Shown piece by piece: positions 27,776 through 64,000 of a stretch of DNA of 64,000 bases. A model generated the notes under the pieces. It did not search any database. It had not been told where the DNA came from and saw nothing but the letters and a program-made list of their open reading frames with translations. The first letter of the stretch is position 1; the number at the start of each line of letters is the position of its first letter. The translations under genes were made by a program, and so were the position numbers. The stretch is from Antedon mediterranea (lineage: Eukaryota > Animalia > Echinodermata). The DNA lies in NCBI RefSeq assembly GCF_964355755.1, contig NC_092673.1, positions 682,001 to 746,000 of the forward strand. Reading direction: 5' to 3'.

Positions 27776-29621
27776 CTGTGAGAATAGATGTTAATAACGG
27801 TCCACATCCCACTACTCATATACAGCAATTTTAAACCAATTAATAATCTTTGGAAATTAAAATTGGGATTGATCTTCTAAAAAACGAGACCAGCCAATCC
27901 TCATTTTTGGAAGAGTTTAGACTACATGTAATATCGGTATCATTGTAAAATTGTGATATTCAATGGTACTATTGATCGTTCTGCTTTTTGTATACAATTT
28001 GAGAACTCGAAACTGTTCAACGCTGAAAAACCAACGTGTCCGTGTCTAAAATAGGATTGCCTGTTCAATGAGATATTCTCCCCTTTCAACTTATAAATGT
28101 TAACTATTTTCATAATAAGGTCATTTATGTTGTAATATTAATTGTTACATGCTGTTCTGCTGAACAATGTTGTTAAATGAGTTAAGACAAATGAGGCTTG
28201 GAAACTTCTGTTCTCATCTTGTAATTGGCATTTATGTAGATATATTAGCTTATTATTTATCTATAAAGTTGTTTACCTTCACCAAATATTTATTTAGTTC
28301 ATATTATTTATTTAGGTATAATATAACAATATTTTAATATCTCCCTGGTTCATGTTTAATAAATTTTAAACATTTATTTTCAAGCTTGGAATTTTTCACT
28401 ATATTCAGTAACATGTGATCTTGGAAAGATAGTTTAATTGGAGAATTTATTTTTGACAACTAATACTAAAGCACATACATACAATTATATTGAGAAAAAA
28501 TATGATATATATGAAATCATCAAAAGATGCATTGGTGAAACTTAATTTCTGTTTTCTGAGTAAGTAAATTATCTTAATTAACACAATGTTATCATAAAAT
28601 ACCAGTACCAGCATGCTTTATAATTACGACATTAAAGTCATCTTATTTTTTACAATTTTTACCCCTCCAAAAAGCCAGTATGAAATCTTTCCATTTGTAT
28701 GTCATATGTCACTGCACACGAAACTATTCTAAACAATACGCAAATATATATAAACATTTTTTTTTTTAATTATCTTTTCAAAATGTAGATAAAGATAAAC
28801 TTCTAGTGTAGTTTTTATATAATTTTTGTAAGTTGGTACATATACATTTTTGTGCAAACAGAGATATAAATCAATGTATAGTTAGCAATTGCTACAAAAA
28901 AAAGGATTGGTTTATTTTATTAGCATTTTAAATTTACTTGTTAATTAAATTATTGGTCGATTAAAATAATTGAAAATAATCTTTACTGAGGCTATGCTTA
29001 ATTTCCACTATTGCTACTATTTTTACCAGGTTTTTGAATTTGTTAATACATGATTTTAAACTGTACCTATATCTATACTACATAGTACATACATACATAG
29101 CTATTTCATCTTGTTTGTAGTATACAAACTTATGATGGTTATCTATAGGCTATTAACTTAGCATATAACTGAAATAATACACCAAAAATCTATCGATCAA
29201 TCAATATAATAAGATTGTGTGTTTTTTAAGCGTTTATGAAAATTTTATTTATCTATCTAAATACTGTGTAACTAACATAAATTGGTAATCTGAATTTTAT
29301 AAATCTAACTGACTTTATAAAGCTTATTTTAAAAGCATAATAGAAAGTATAAATCAAAATGCGCTTACTGTGGATTACAATTTAAAGACAAACAAGAAGA
29401 TTGAAGTTTGGTACAATCATGAAACAATATTCCAGGAAAAATGTTTTGATCCTCTTTTTTTTGCAATTTTAATTGTTTAAAAACCTAAAAGTATTATTAA
29501 CATTTTCTGTGTAACTTTGATAGAAAAAAAAAGTAATTTCCTGATCTTGTTCAAGGTATAATTCGTGTCAAATCAAAACCCCACACTTGTTAACATGTTG
29601 TTGGTCTTGTTAGTCGGTAGG

Positions 29622-41606
<11,985 letters not shown>

Positions 41607-41749
41607 TACTACAACCTAACAACCATCCGTCGATATGAGTTGAGTAGGATAATATTCTCTCAAAATAATTCTATTTATATCAACAAAATTACAGTAATGA
41701 CACTACAGTATTTTGTCAATACTAACCATCTACAGGGTGTCAGATGAAA

Positions 41750-43755
41750 AGGATGCTAGTCAAGTCGCCCCATCGCAAAGTCGCCCCTTACACAGTCGCC
41801 CCATCGCAAAGTCGCCCAAAACAAAGTCGCCCCGACACAGTCGCCCCATCGCAAAGTCGCCCCATCGCAAAGTCGCCCCAACGCAAAGTCGCCCCATCGC
41901 AAAGTCGCCCCATCACAAAGTCGCCCTATCGCAAAGTCGCCCCAAAACGTTAAAAAATAGTTTACAAGTGCGTAAAATGTCGCAATGATACACAAAATAA
42001 CACGGAAAACGTGTAGGCATAAAAAGGGGAAGCCCCGCCATGTAGTCTCAGGTCACACGATCGGCACGCACCCCCATCATCAGAGAGGAAGCCCCCCCAC
42101 TAATCACTCCGCGGTCGCACTAACGTGCTAGCTTACCAGAGGGAAACCCCCGTAATTACTCCGCCGTTGTCGTCGTACTACAACGCACCATCTGAAGATG
42201 GGGAAACCCCGCCGGAGTTTTACGATGATATCAGTCGCGTTCGAAATCGGTCGCGTTTAAATTTGGTCGCGATAAAATGATGTTATACGATCTAGATTAT
42301 TTTTACTTTGGTCGATGAATATGTAATATTATTATTAGGCCTATATTAATAATTTGTAAACATAGTTTAAGATTATAATATTATCCAGCATAATGTCATT
42401 TAACAGTACATAATTATTTAAATGTGAAATATTTTATAGGAAATGTAGGCTACGTCTGTGTCTTTTATTTTATATGCAACAAATTACGTAAAACAATTTA
42501 TTTATAAACATTCAGTTTACTATTATATACATAGTATTACGTAATGAACATTGATTGTAAGCCTGGAAAGGCAATCCCATCATTATATCCATTATAAAAT
42601 TGCATCATATCACCACTATATGTCGTAAATGATGACGTGCGTGTGTGTATTCGTCGTACGTCAGTGTACGTATTATTCCGTGCCTCTTCACTGTCTTGTT
42701 TAATTTAAAATTAAATAAATACCCGATATGAGGATATTTATTAGGCATGATAATTAGAATGTTCTAGGCCTAACCAAAGGGGTTGAAAAGAATTTCTTCA
42801 GTAAAATGATCATTGTGCTGTTGAATAAAAGGCGACTCGCCATCTGAAACATTCTCTGAAACCAATCGGAGCTGCGCCTTCTGGTATCTGTTTCCTCACG
42901 CCTTTCTGCTGACCGTCGGGGATTCCCCTTTTTAAAAAACACGCACACGATACTGTACGATGGTTTTTCCATGGTCAAAATGTAGCGTTTTAATTTTACT
43001 AAAATACCTGAATGTAAAACAATCATATCGGCGATGAAATCCTTTTTTTTTATTTCTTTATTTTGAAAAGTCATTATAAAATTAAGACACATAACTTGTC
43101 AATAAATGCAAAATGATCAATAAGTAGCCTATAACACTCATTGTCTTACAAACACTGTTATTGTTTTAACTACTGTAAATCTATACGAAGGCCTAGGCTA
43201 CTATACATTTATACATTTATTATATTATCCTAAAAAATTAGCTGGTATCTACGCGTAGGTTGAAGAAAGATTCGTAATTGTGGCTTTGGTAACTAATTTT
43301 AAAATCATATTAAATTAACATTTTCGAAACTATAAATCAGGGATAATCTTTTTAGAACTTTCAAACAAGGGACTATTTTTTTAATGATTTTTAAAAAGCA
43401 CATCACTCCATTAAAACCTGTAAAATAAAAATTAAAACACAAATTATGTATATAGGATAGGCCTAAACATTATACTGTATACGACATTTAGCGCGACCAA
43501 AGTAACAACGCAATCGATATCAAACGCAACCAATATGATTAAAACCGTGGGCGACTTTGCGATGGGGCGACTTTGCGTTGGGGCGACTTTGCGATGGGGC
43601 GAATTTGCGATGGGGCGACTTTGTAATGGGGCGACTTTGCGATGGGGCGACTGTGCCGGGGCGACTTTGTTTTGGGGCGTCTTTGCGATGGGGCGACTTT
43701 GTATGGGGCGACTTTGTATGGGGCGACTTTGCGATGGGGCGACTTGACTGGATCC
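41750..43755. mobile_element. Non-autonomous Mutator/Phantom-like element with inverted subterminal 17-bp repeat arrays and 9-bp TSD
   Basis: Left end GGATGCTAGTCAAGTCGCCCC then (AAAGTCGCCCCATCGC)-type repeats to ~41945; inverted array 43548-43745 ending CTTGACTGGATCC; CAGATGAAA at 41741-41749 and 43756-43764. Confidence 0.85.
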
Positions 43756-45730
43756 CAGATGAAATCGGTCGCGCTTGAAATCGGTCGCGTTTGAAATCGG
43801 TCGCGATAAAATCAACTTCCGGTATTTTGTATGGCGCGCCGCTAGAGCTATACTTTTGATTATATCGGTCGCGTTTGAAATCGGTCGCGCTATTTTGTAT
43901 GGATCGAGCGGGATGCATGCTAGAGCGGGATATACATTTTTCGTTTATATAGATTTAATTGATATTTTTAAGGAACTAGATTATTTATGTGGATATTTGT
44001 TACTTGGTTAATAAATATTTATTATTAATCATTAATTAATTTTTTTTTTGTATTTCACAGGTCTCGGAGAAGGACGGTGTCTTTTCAAAATGGCCATTTC
44101 TAAACACGTTTAAATATTATATTAGGCATAATGTTATATTAGGCATATAATAATTTACCTCTATTTATATGTACTGTAATTAATATATTATATAGAGAAT
44201 ATACGTTTGTCGTGTCTTTTATTATGCAAACAATTACGTATGGTTTTAGGATATTAATAAAATATATAGATAATATGCCGATGATAGATGTGAGAATAAT
44301 AATGTATGGATAATAAAGGTGGACACAATTCTCAAAGAGGTAATCTGCACTGATATTTAAACGTTTAGATTTACGAACGGCGTATGAATGCGAGACCTGA
44401 GTTGCACTTACTTAATTATTTACATTAAATGATTATTATAAATGAAGAAAAAAAAAAAAAATATTCAAATTAAAATCTATAGTATCGCCGACGTATATAC
44501 GTATAAATCATACTGTCAAATTATAGAAAAAGTGCTTTATTCGGAATTAATATGGATAAGCAAGCCTGTGAGCTACAGCGATTTAATTGCTTTTGCTTAT
44601 CCTTGCCTCCTTACATTTCCACGTGTCTTGATTTGGTTACCTATGTTTTAAATGTATTTCGATTTTAAAGGCTAAATAAAGAATGAATGAACATGATCTC
44701 ATAATCGCGTCGAGCATCTATAGCTCATTGGATCGTTTCACAAAAACACGTGCAGGAGGCCTATAGACGTTTCAAATGTATGGTTATTAGTAATAGACGT
44801 CATCTTTACCTCGCCATGGACAACGATCGTACGTGTTTTGTCCATGATTTGACACACTACTAGTGCGTGTTTTTTAAAAAGGGGAATCCCCGTCAGCAAA
44901 ATAACGTATTGTTAGAGGAAACAGCTGCACGATCATAGAAGGCGCATCTCCAATATGGCTTATTCGGGGGTTTATTTCAGTAACTCGCCTGTTAACCATC
45001 CGCATATAATGATCATTTTACTAAAAACTATTTTAAACATTAGAAATAAAAACATACACGTGATTTGCCTCAACAATAAATCATTATACACTTAGAAAAT
45101 AGAAATAAAAATAAGGTGATCGAATAGTATGTTGTTAATTGGATATGATATAATCTGCCACAGTATGCACAAGTATAAAAATGGATACGCTGGCTTTACG
45201 GGCTATATTGTAAAAATTCTTGTTTTTAAATAAATTGTTCTCTTTTACGTAATTGTTTGCGTAATAAAAGACACGACAGACGTATATTCTCTATATAATA
45301 TATTAATTACAGTACATATTAATAGAGGTAAATTATTATATGCATAACATTATGCCTAATATAATATTTAAACGTGTTTAGAAATGGCCATTTTGAAAAG
45401 ACACAGTCCTTCTCCGAGACCTGTGAAATACAAAAAAAAAATTAATTTAATGATTGATAATAAATATTTATTAACCAAGTAAAAAATATCCACATAAATA
45501 ATCTAGTTCCTAAAAAATATCAATTAAATCTATATAAACGAAAAATGTATATCCCGTTCTAGCATGCATCCCGCTCGATCCATACAAAATAGCGCGACCG
45601 ATTTCAAACGCGACCGATTTCAAACGCGACCGATATCATCAAAAGGATTATAGCTCTAGCGGCGCGCCATACAAAATACCGGAAGTTGATTTTATCGCGA
45701 CCGATTTCAGACGCGACCGATTTCATCGTA
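43756..45730. mobile_element. Foldback-type element with ~480-bp inverted arms carrying GAAATCGGTCGCG repeats
   Basis: ~43760-44240 is the reverse complement of ~45245-45727 (e.g. CACAGGTCTCGGAGAAGGAC / GTCCTTCTCCGAGACCTGTG), separated by a ~1-kb spacer; no transposase ORF. Confidence 0.85.
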
Positions 45731-45748
45731 AACAGTACTTGGAAATCT

Positions 45749-45860
45749 GGAAATTCCCAAATACCAAGCTATGATTGGCTACTGAACATTGCTAATGAAT
45801 AATCATCAATTCTGAACCAATCACAATGTATAATTGGTTATAGGACTATGACATCATGGT
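45749..45860 (-). promoter_or_regulatory. Displaced ancestral promoter module of left paralog (kB site, CCAAT boxes, CRE-like)
   Basis: GGAAATTCCC at 45749-45758 (GGGAATTTCC on minus), ATTGG, CCAAT, TGACATCA; aligns with 62897-63023. Confidence 0.6.
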
Positions 45861-46147
45861 TTATACTGTATGAAACGCCACTAGTGTTTTCAACATAGAT
45901 AAACATACATAAAACATCCAACCAAAAGTGTTTGTAGATCTGTTGAACCCTGGACGTAAACATTTATAGGTTCATTTTAAAATTACTGTATAATGGTTTA
46001 TGTTTTTAAAGAATTCTCAGGTTATCAATTTTTACTTTATAACTACGTTAATGTTATAGTATTAACTAAATAAATTAAATGGGATTTATGAGTAGCTAAA
46101 GTACTTAGCTACTTTAGAGCATGGTATAGCCCAACTAATCGTATATA

Positions 46148-46305
46148 AATAATTAATTTTTATGAGTTGAATGGTGAGAATATTTCATGAGTTGAAAAAT
46201 TGACTGCTCTACTTTAACAAGGTGGAGCCGAGTTAAATAGAGCGTCAATTATTCAACGAATGAAAAATTCTCTCCATTCAACGAAAACAAAACGTTAATT
46301 ATTTG
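46148..46305. repeat. ~160-bp imperfect palindrome, probably part of a non-autonomous DNA element
   Basis: GTTGAATGGTGAGAATATTTCATGAGTTGAAAAATTGACTGCTCTA...TTAAC pairs with GTTAA..TAGAGCGTCAATTATTCAACGAATGAAAAATTCTCTCCATTCAAC around ~46,225. Confidence 0.6.
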
Positions 46306-47875
46306 TTTTATTTTATAACATATCTACTTTTATTTCAAGTTATCCATCGTAAATCATTGACGAATGCTAGACTGGGAAGCTAGGCCATTAAAAAAGGAAG
46401 TGTTCCAACTTGAGATGTGGAGTAGAACAGTTATAGATAGCACGCACATATGCAAGTTGAATTCCGAATGCGATCAGTCAACAACGTCGCATGAAAAAAT
46501 GTTTACAGAAAGCTGAACGTGCATTAGTACCGTTCATTATCACCATGATACACTTTTAATGAGATATATAGGGCGAATTCCAAATGACACGTGATTCCCA
46601 AATTGACCAATCGAATTGCAAGAATACAATCAGGTGTGTCAAACTACAAATATGTGAGGGGCATAGTTTGAGACCTGTCTGTGTCATATTGCTTGTATCC
46701 TTTAGGCACGATAATATATAATTAATATTCCCATTGCATGATCATCCATCGGAATTTGAGAACTTGAATTTGTTGTTGAAAAACCAACATGTAATGTGCG
46801 ATGTACGTACTCCGCATCAAAAATAAGGATTGACTGTTTTATTTAACGATGTGGAATCGAGTTAACTAGAAGATTCAAACTCATGAAATATTCTGCCCTT
46901 TCAACTTATAAACATTCATTGTTTTCATAATAAGGTGTATTTATGATGTAATCTTAGTTACATTCTGATGAGCAATGTACAGTATATGTTATAATTCATT
47001 TTGAGCTACAAATTTTACTTCTTGTAATTTGCCATTTATGTTAATTATATAAAAAGTACCTTCAACAAATATTTATTTAGTTCATGATTTAATCAATTTT
47101 AGACATTTCAAGGAATTTTTCATTTATATTCACTAACATGTGATCTTGGAAAAGATAAACTAAACTAAAAACCAAAGCACATACATACAGTTAAAAACAC
47201 TTACATATTGAATACATTGTGATATATGTTTTCTGGGTACTACAAGTAAATTCTTTTAATAATGTGTTGGATTGAGTGAGCCGTATTGTCTCCAACAAAA
47301 CGATGAAAAATGAAGGTTAATTAAATTAGACTTTGAATAGGTTATTTTGTAGTTTTAAAAAAGGAAAAAAAACAGTGTTTTCACTTATAAAATGACAAAA
47401 TAAATGGTTAAATTCAACCAAAAACCCATTGGCTGGCAGCCAATTTAATTTTTTTGGCTTTAAATTACAGTTTTTTTCAGGTAAATTTTTTTAATCCAAT
47501 TTTTGGTCAATTGAATAATGATTCATTCATTGGAATTTGGTGTTATACAAGAACTTGTATATTATCATAAAATACAGGCAACCAGTACCAGCACTCAAGT
47601 CACCTTATTTTTATTGATTTTAACCACAAATTCTGCGCAATTCTTTCCACAACAGATATTTCATTTGTATGTCATTTGCCACTGCACACAAAACTATTCT
47701 AAACAAAATGCATGTATACATTTTTTAACTTGTTTTTTTCTAATTGAAAAGATAAAATTAAACATCTCTCAGCCGTATATAGTAAATAGCTTTTTTATAT
47801 AACTTTTCTAAAAGGTGATTTCATGCAAATTCTTATCAGATACAAATCAATGTACAGTTTTTAGCCATTACTATG

Positions 47876-48412
47876 GTATTTTTAACCATAACTCGCTTCT
47901 GTACGGCCTACCAACTTCTTATCTGTCTCCTCTTCAACGAATCCAAAATTCCGCCGCAAGACTTATCACTGGCACTAAACGACATGAACATATTTCTCCC
48001 GTTTTACGTGACTTACACTGGTTGCCTGTAGATCAGCGCATTCGTTTTAAAATCCTGTTGATGACATATAAGGCCATCAACGGATGTGCTCCAGCCTACA
48101 TATGTGACATCATTACTCCGTCAACCAACTCTTCGCTTTGTTCATCCAGCAGACTTCTTCTTAAACCTGGACCCCGTTCCAGAACTCGGTTTTACGGTGA
48201 TCGTGCTTTCGCTGTCGCAGCCCCAAAACTCTGGAACACTCTACCCCTCGAAATACGCTCATCAAAATCTGTTATCACATTTAAAACTAAACTCAAAACT
48301 CATCTCTTCAGAGAAGCATAATCGCACGCTACTACTTGCACAGATCTTGGAAACACAGCGCTTTGAAACCTTTGTCTCTTGCGCTTTATAAATGTTATTT
48401 ATTATTATTATT
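47876..48412 (+). mobile_element. 5'-truncated L2-clade LINE fragment
   Basis: NSLLYGLP...LQRIQNSAARLIT...HISPVLRDLHWLPV...DRAFAVAAPKLWNTLP...FKTKLKTHLF; (TTA)n tail; 9-bp TSD ATTACTATG at 47867-47875 and 48413-48421; absent at the homologous site ~28,890. Confidence 0.92.
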
Positions 48413-49003
48413 ATTACTATGAAAAAAAAATATTTGTATATTTTATTAACATTTCAAATTTACTTACTTTACTTTAAATTAGTCTCTTGAATAAAATTAT
48501 TGCTCAATAAATTGAAAATAATTGTTATTCAGGCTATGCATAACTTCCACTATAGCTAGATTTTTGTGTGATGTGAAGGTTTTTGAATTTAAGACTGTGC
48601 CTATATATAATACTACATAGTAAAACTTACTTATCTATCTAAATACTGTGTAACTAACATAAATTGCTAATCTGAATTTCATAAATCTAATTGACTTTAT
48701 AAAGATTATTTTAAAAAGCATAATAGCATAAGTATAAACCAAAAGGTGCTTACTGTATAACTTTGCAATACAAATTTAATGACAAACAAGAGGATTGAAG
48801 TTTGATATAATCATGAAACAATTTCCAAGAAAAATGTTGATCCTTGTTTTTTTTGCGATTAAACTTAAATAGTATTAATAAAATTCATTTTCTGTGTAAC
48901 TTTGATAGAAAAAAAAGTAATTTCCTGATCTTGTTCAAGGTATAATTCATGTCAAATCAAAACCCCACACTTGTTAAACATGTTGGTCTTGTTAGTCGGT
49001 AGG

Positions 49004-62759
<13,756 letters not shown>

Positions 62760-62896
62760 TGCTACAACCAAACAACCACCTTCGATATGAGTTGAGTAGG
62801 ACACAAATTAGCTCTTTTATGATAATATTCTATCAAAATGATAACAAGATTATATGCAGGCCTTGTCAATAAAATTTCGTCGCTACTTGATAATCT

Positions 62897-63023
62897 GGAA
62901 ATTCCCAAATAAAAAAAAACTAAGCGTCCAAGCTCTATGATTGGCTACTGGATCCAAATGAATAATCATGAATTCTGAACCAATCATAAAGGTTATAAGT
63001 GATTATATTAGGAAATGACGTCA
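62897..63023 (-). promoter_or_regulatory. Putative proximal promoter of right paralog: kB site, CCAAT boxes, perfect CRE
   Basis: GGAAATTCCC 62897-62906, ATTGG 62940-62944, CCAAT 62980-62984, TGACGTCA 63016-63023, 140-260 bp upstream of the ATG; module conserved in all three paralogs. Confidence 0.6.
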
Positions 63024-63591
63024 TGATTTATAAACGATGAAACGCCGCTAGTGTCTTTAATTTATTTTAGATATAAAAGCATCCAATTACATGATGCAGT
63101 TAAAAAATCCAAATTAAAGTACAATATTAAAAAATACTGTATATAGATAATATAATTGTTATAGTAAGTAACCGATATAACACTACTACAAGGCATTATG
63201 AAAAGAAACCCAGGAAAAAAAACACATCACGGGGCCTTCTATGTAGACCCGCGTTTTTGGAAGAGTCAATGTTTATTCGAACATTTTTATTCAGTTTTAC
63301 AAAGCTCAGATATTTTCAATTTTATCTAGTACTTACGATGATTATGCAGACTTATATGCTCATCAATAATATCTGTAAATTCTCTTTATTTTGTCTCTCA
63401 TGAATTGACGTTAATTTCAGGTATCCTCACCTCGTATTGAATTAAATGACGTAATTTTATTGACGTATCTTTATATATATATTTATTAGGTCTTATCGGT
63501 TCATTTACAATAATTGTCTTTATTGTTTTATTTCAACCATCTTATTTAATATTATTCCGTTTGAATCTGACAACTTAATTTTGGGATTATT

Positions 63592-64000
63592 TTATACTGT
63601 AGCTGTAGAACTGTCTGGTTCTCCTGTCGTTTTGGACTCAAACACATCGTCAGTGGCGTCATTCTCTTTACTAACTTCTTCTACGATTCTTAAGTATCTA
63701 CACTTCTTAAGATCTTCCCAGTCTTCATCACTCAGAGTATTGCCGGCGATGGATTGACCATTACTTCCTCCAGCAGTGGACTTTGCCATTGACCACACCC
63801 TTGCTTTTGGTTTGTAGATATAACTATTATGAATTGGAGGTAGAATCATTGGTGGAAGTTGCATCCCTAGTTTTTTCTTGTCTGTTGATGTTGGTTCCTG
63901 GTGAATTCCTAGAACACTGCTTCTTGTTGAACACGCTTTTGACCGATACGGCGTGTTTAACGAGTACACGCGGCTTACTTTCCGTTTCTTTTCGTCAGAA
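63592..64000 (-). CDS. Terminal exon of an uncharacterised neighbouring gene
   Basis: Frame open from the window edge (SDEKKRKVSRVYSLN...) to TAA at 63592; coding-like composition; motif LSDEDWEDLKKCRYLR; no family recognised. Confidence 0.6.
   Translation of the reverse strand, partial: SDEKKRKVSRVYSLNTPYRSKACSTRSSVLGIHQEPTSTDKKKLGMQLPPMILPPIHNSYIYKPKARVWSMAKSTAGGSNGQSIAGNTLSDEDWEDLKKCRYLRIVEEVSKENDATDDVFESKTTGEPDSSTATV

Noticed and set aside
41713-43918. QSRPIAKSPHRKVAP / WGDFAMGRLCDGAT ORFs
   Set aside because: Translations of the transposon's subterminal repeats.

Overview
AT-rich animal (invertebrate-type) genomic DNA with spliceosomal introns; nothing prokaryotic. (1) 1-27,248: tandem array of 11 composite units (~2.2-3.3 kb, last one truncated). 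Each unit has a 25-bp CpG-rich minisatellite and + strand exon-like segments, two of which splice into a degenerate CXXC zinc finger (KRR[C/Y]GCCDAC*RQDDCGECDYSL|DTKKFGGQNRISEKCRLKQC). The array sits in intron 1 of a third, partial paralog of the neighbouring gene family (first exon MATPEK, 27,518-27,535, minus strand). (2) 29.6-62.8 kb: two tandem 15-exon minus-strand paralogs encoding a DTX3L-like E3 ligase with PARP9/PARP14-type macrodomains in the same chain (RRM/KH-like modules, Macro, RRM/KH-like modules, Macro, RING, RING, Deltex C-terminal domain). The right copy (49,004-62,759) builds as an intact ~2,230-aa ORF. The left copy (29,622-41,606) has a +1 frameshift in exon 10, an intronic LINE and a ~4-kb nested transposon insertion with kB-like motifs upstream of exon 1. 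LINE fragments, MITEs, a Helentron-type element and Tc1/mariner-type excision footprints are interspersed, and the last exon of another gene enters at the right edge. All exon models and domain calls were made by eye and need RNA-seq/HMM confirmation.
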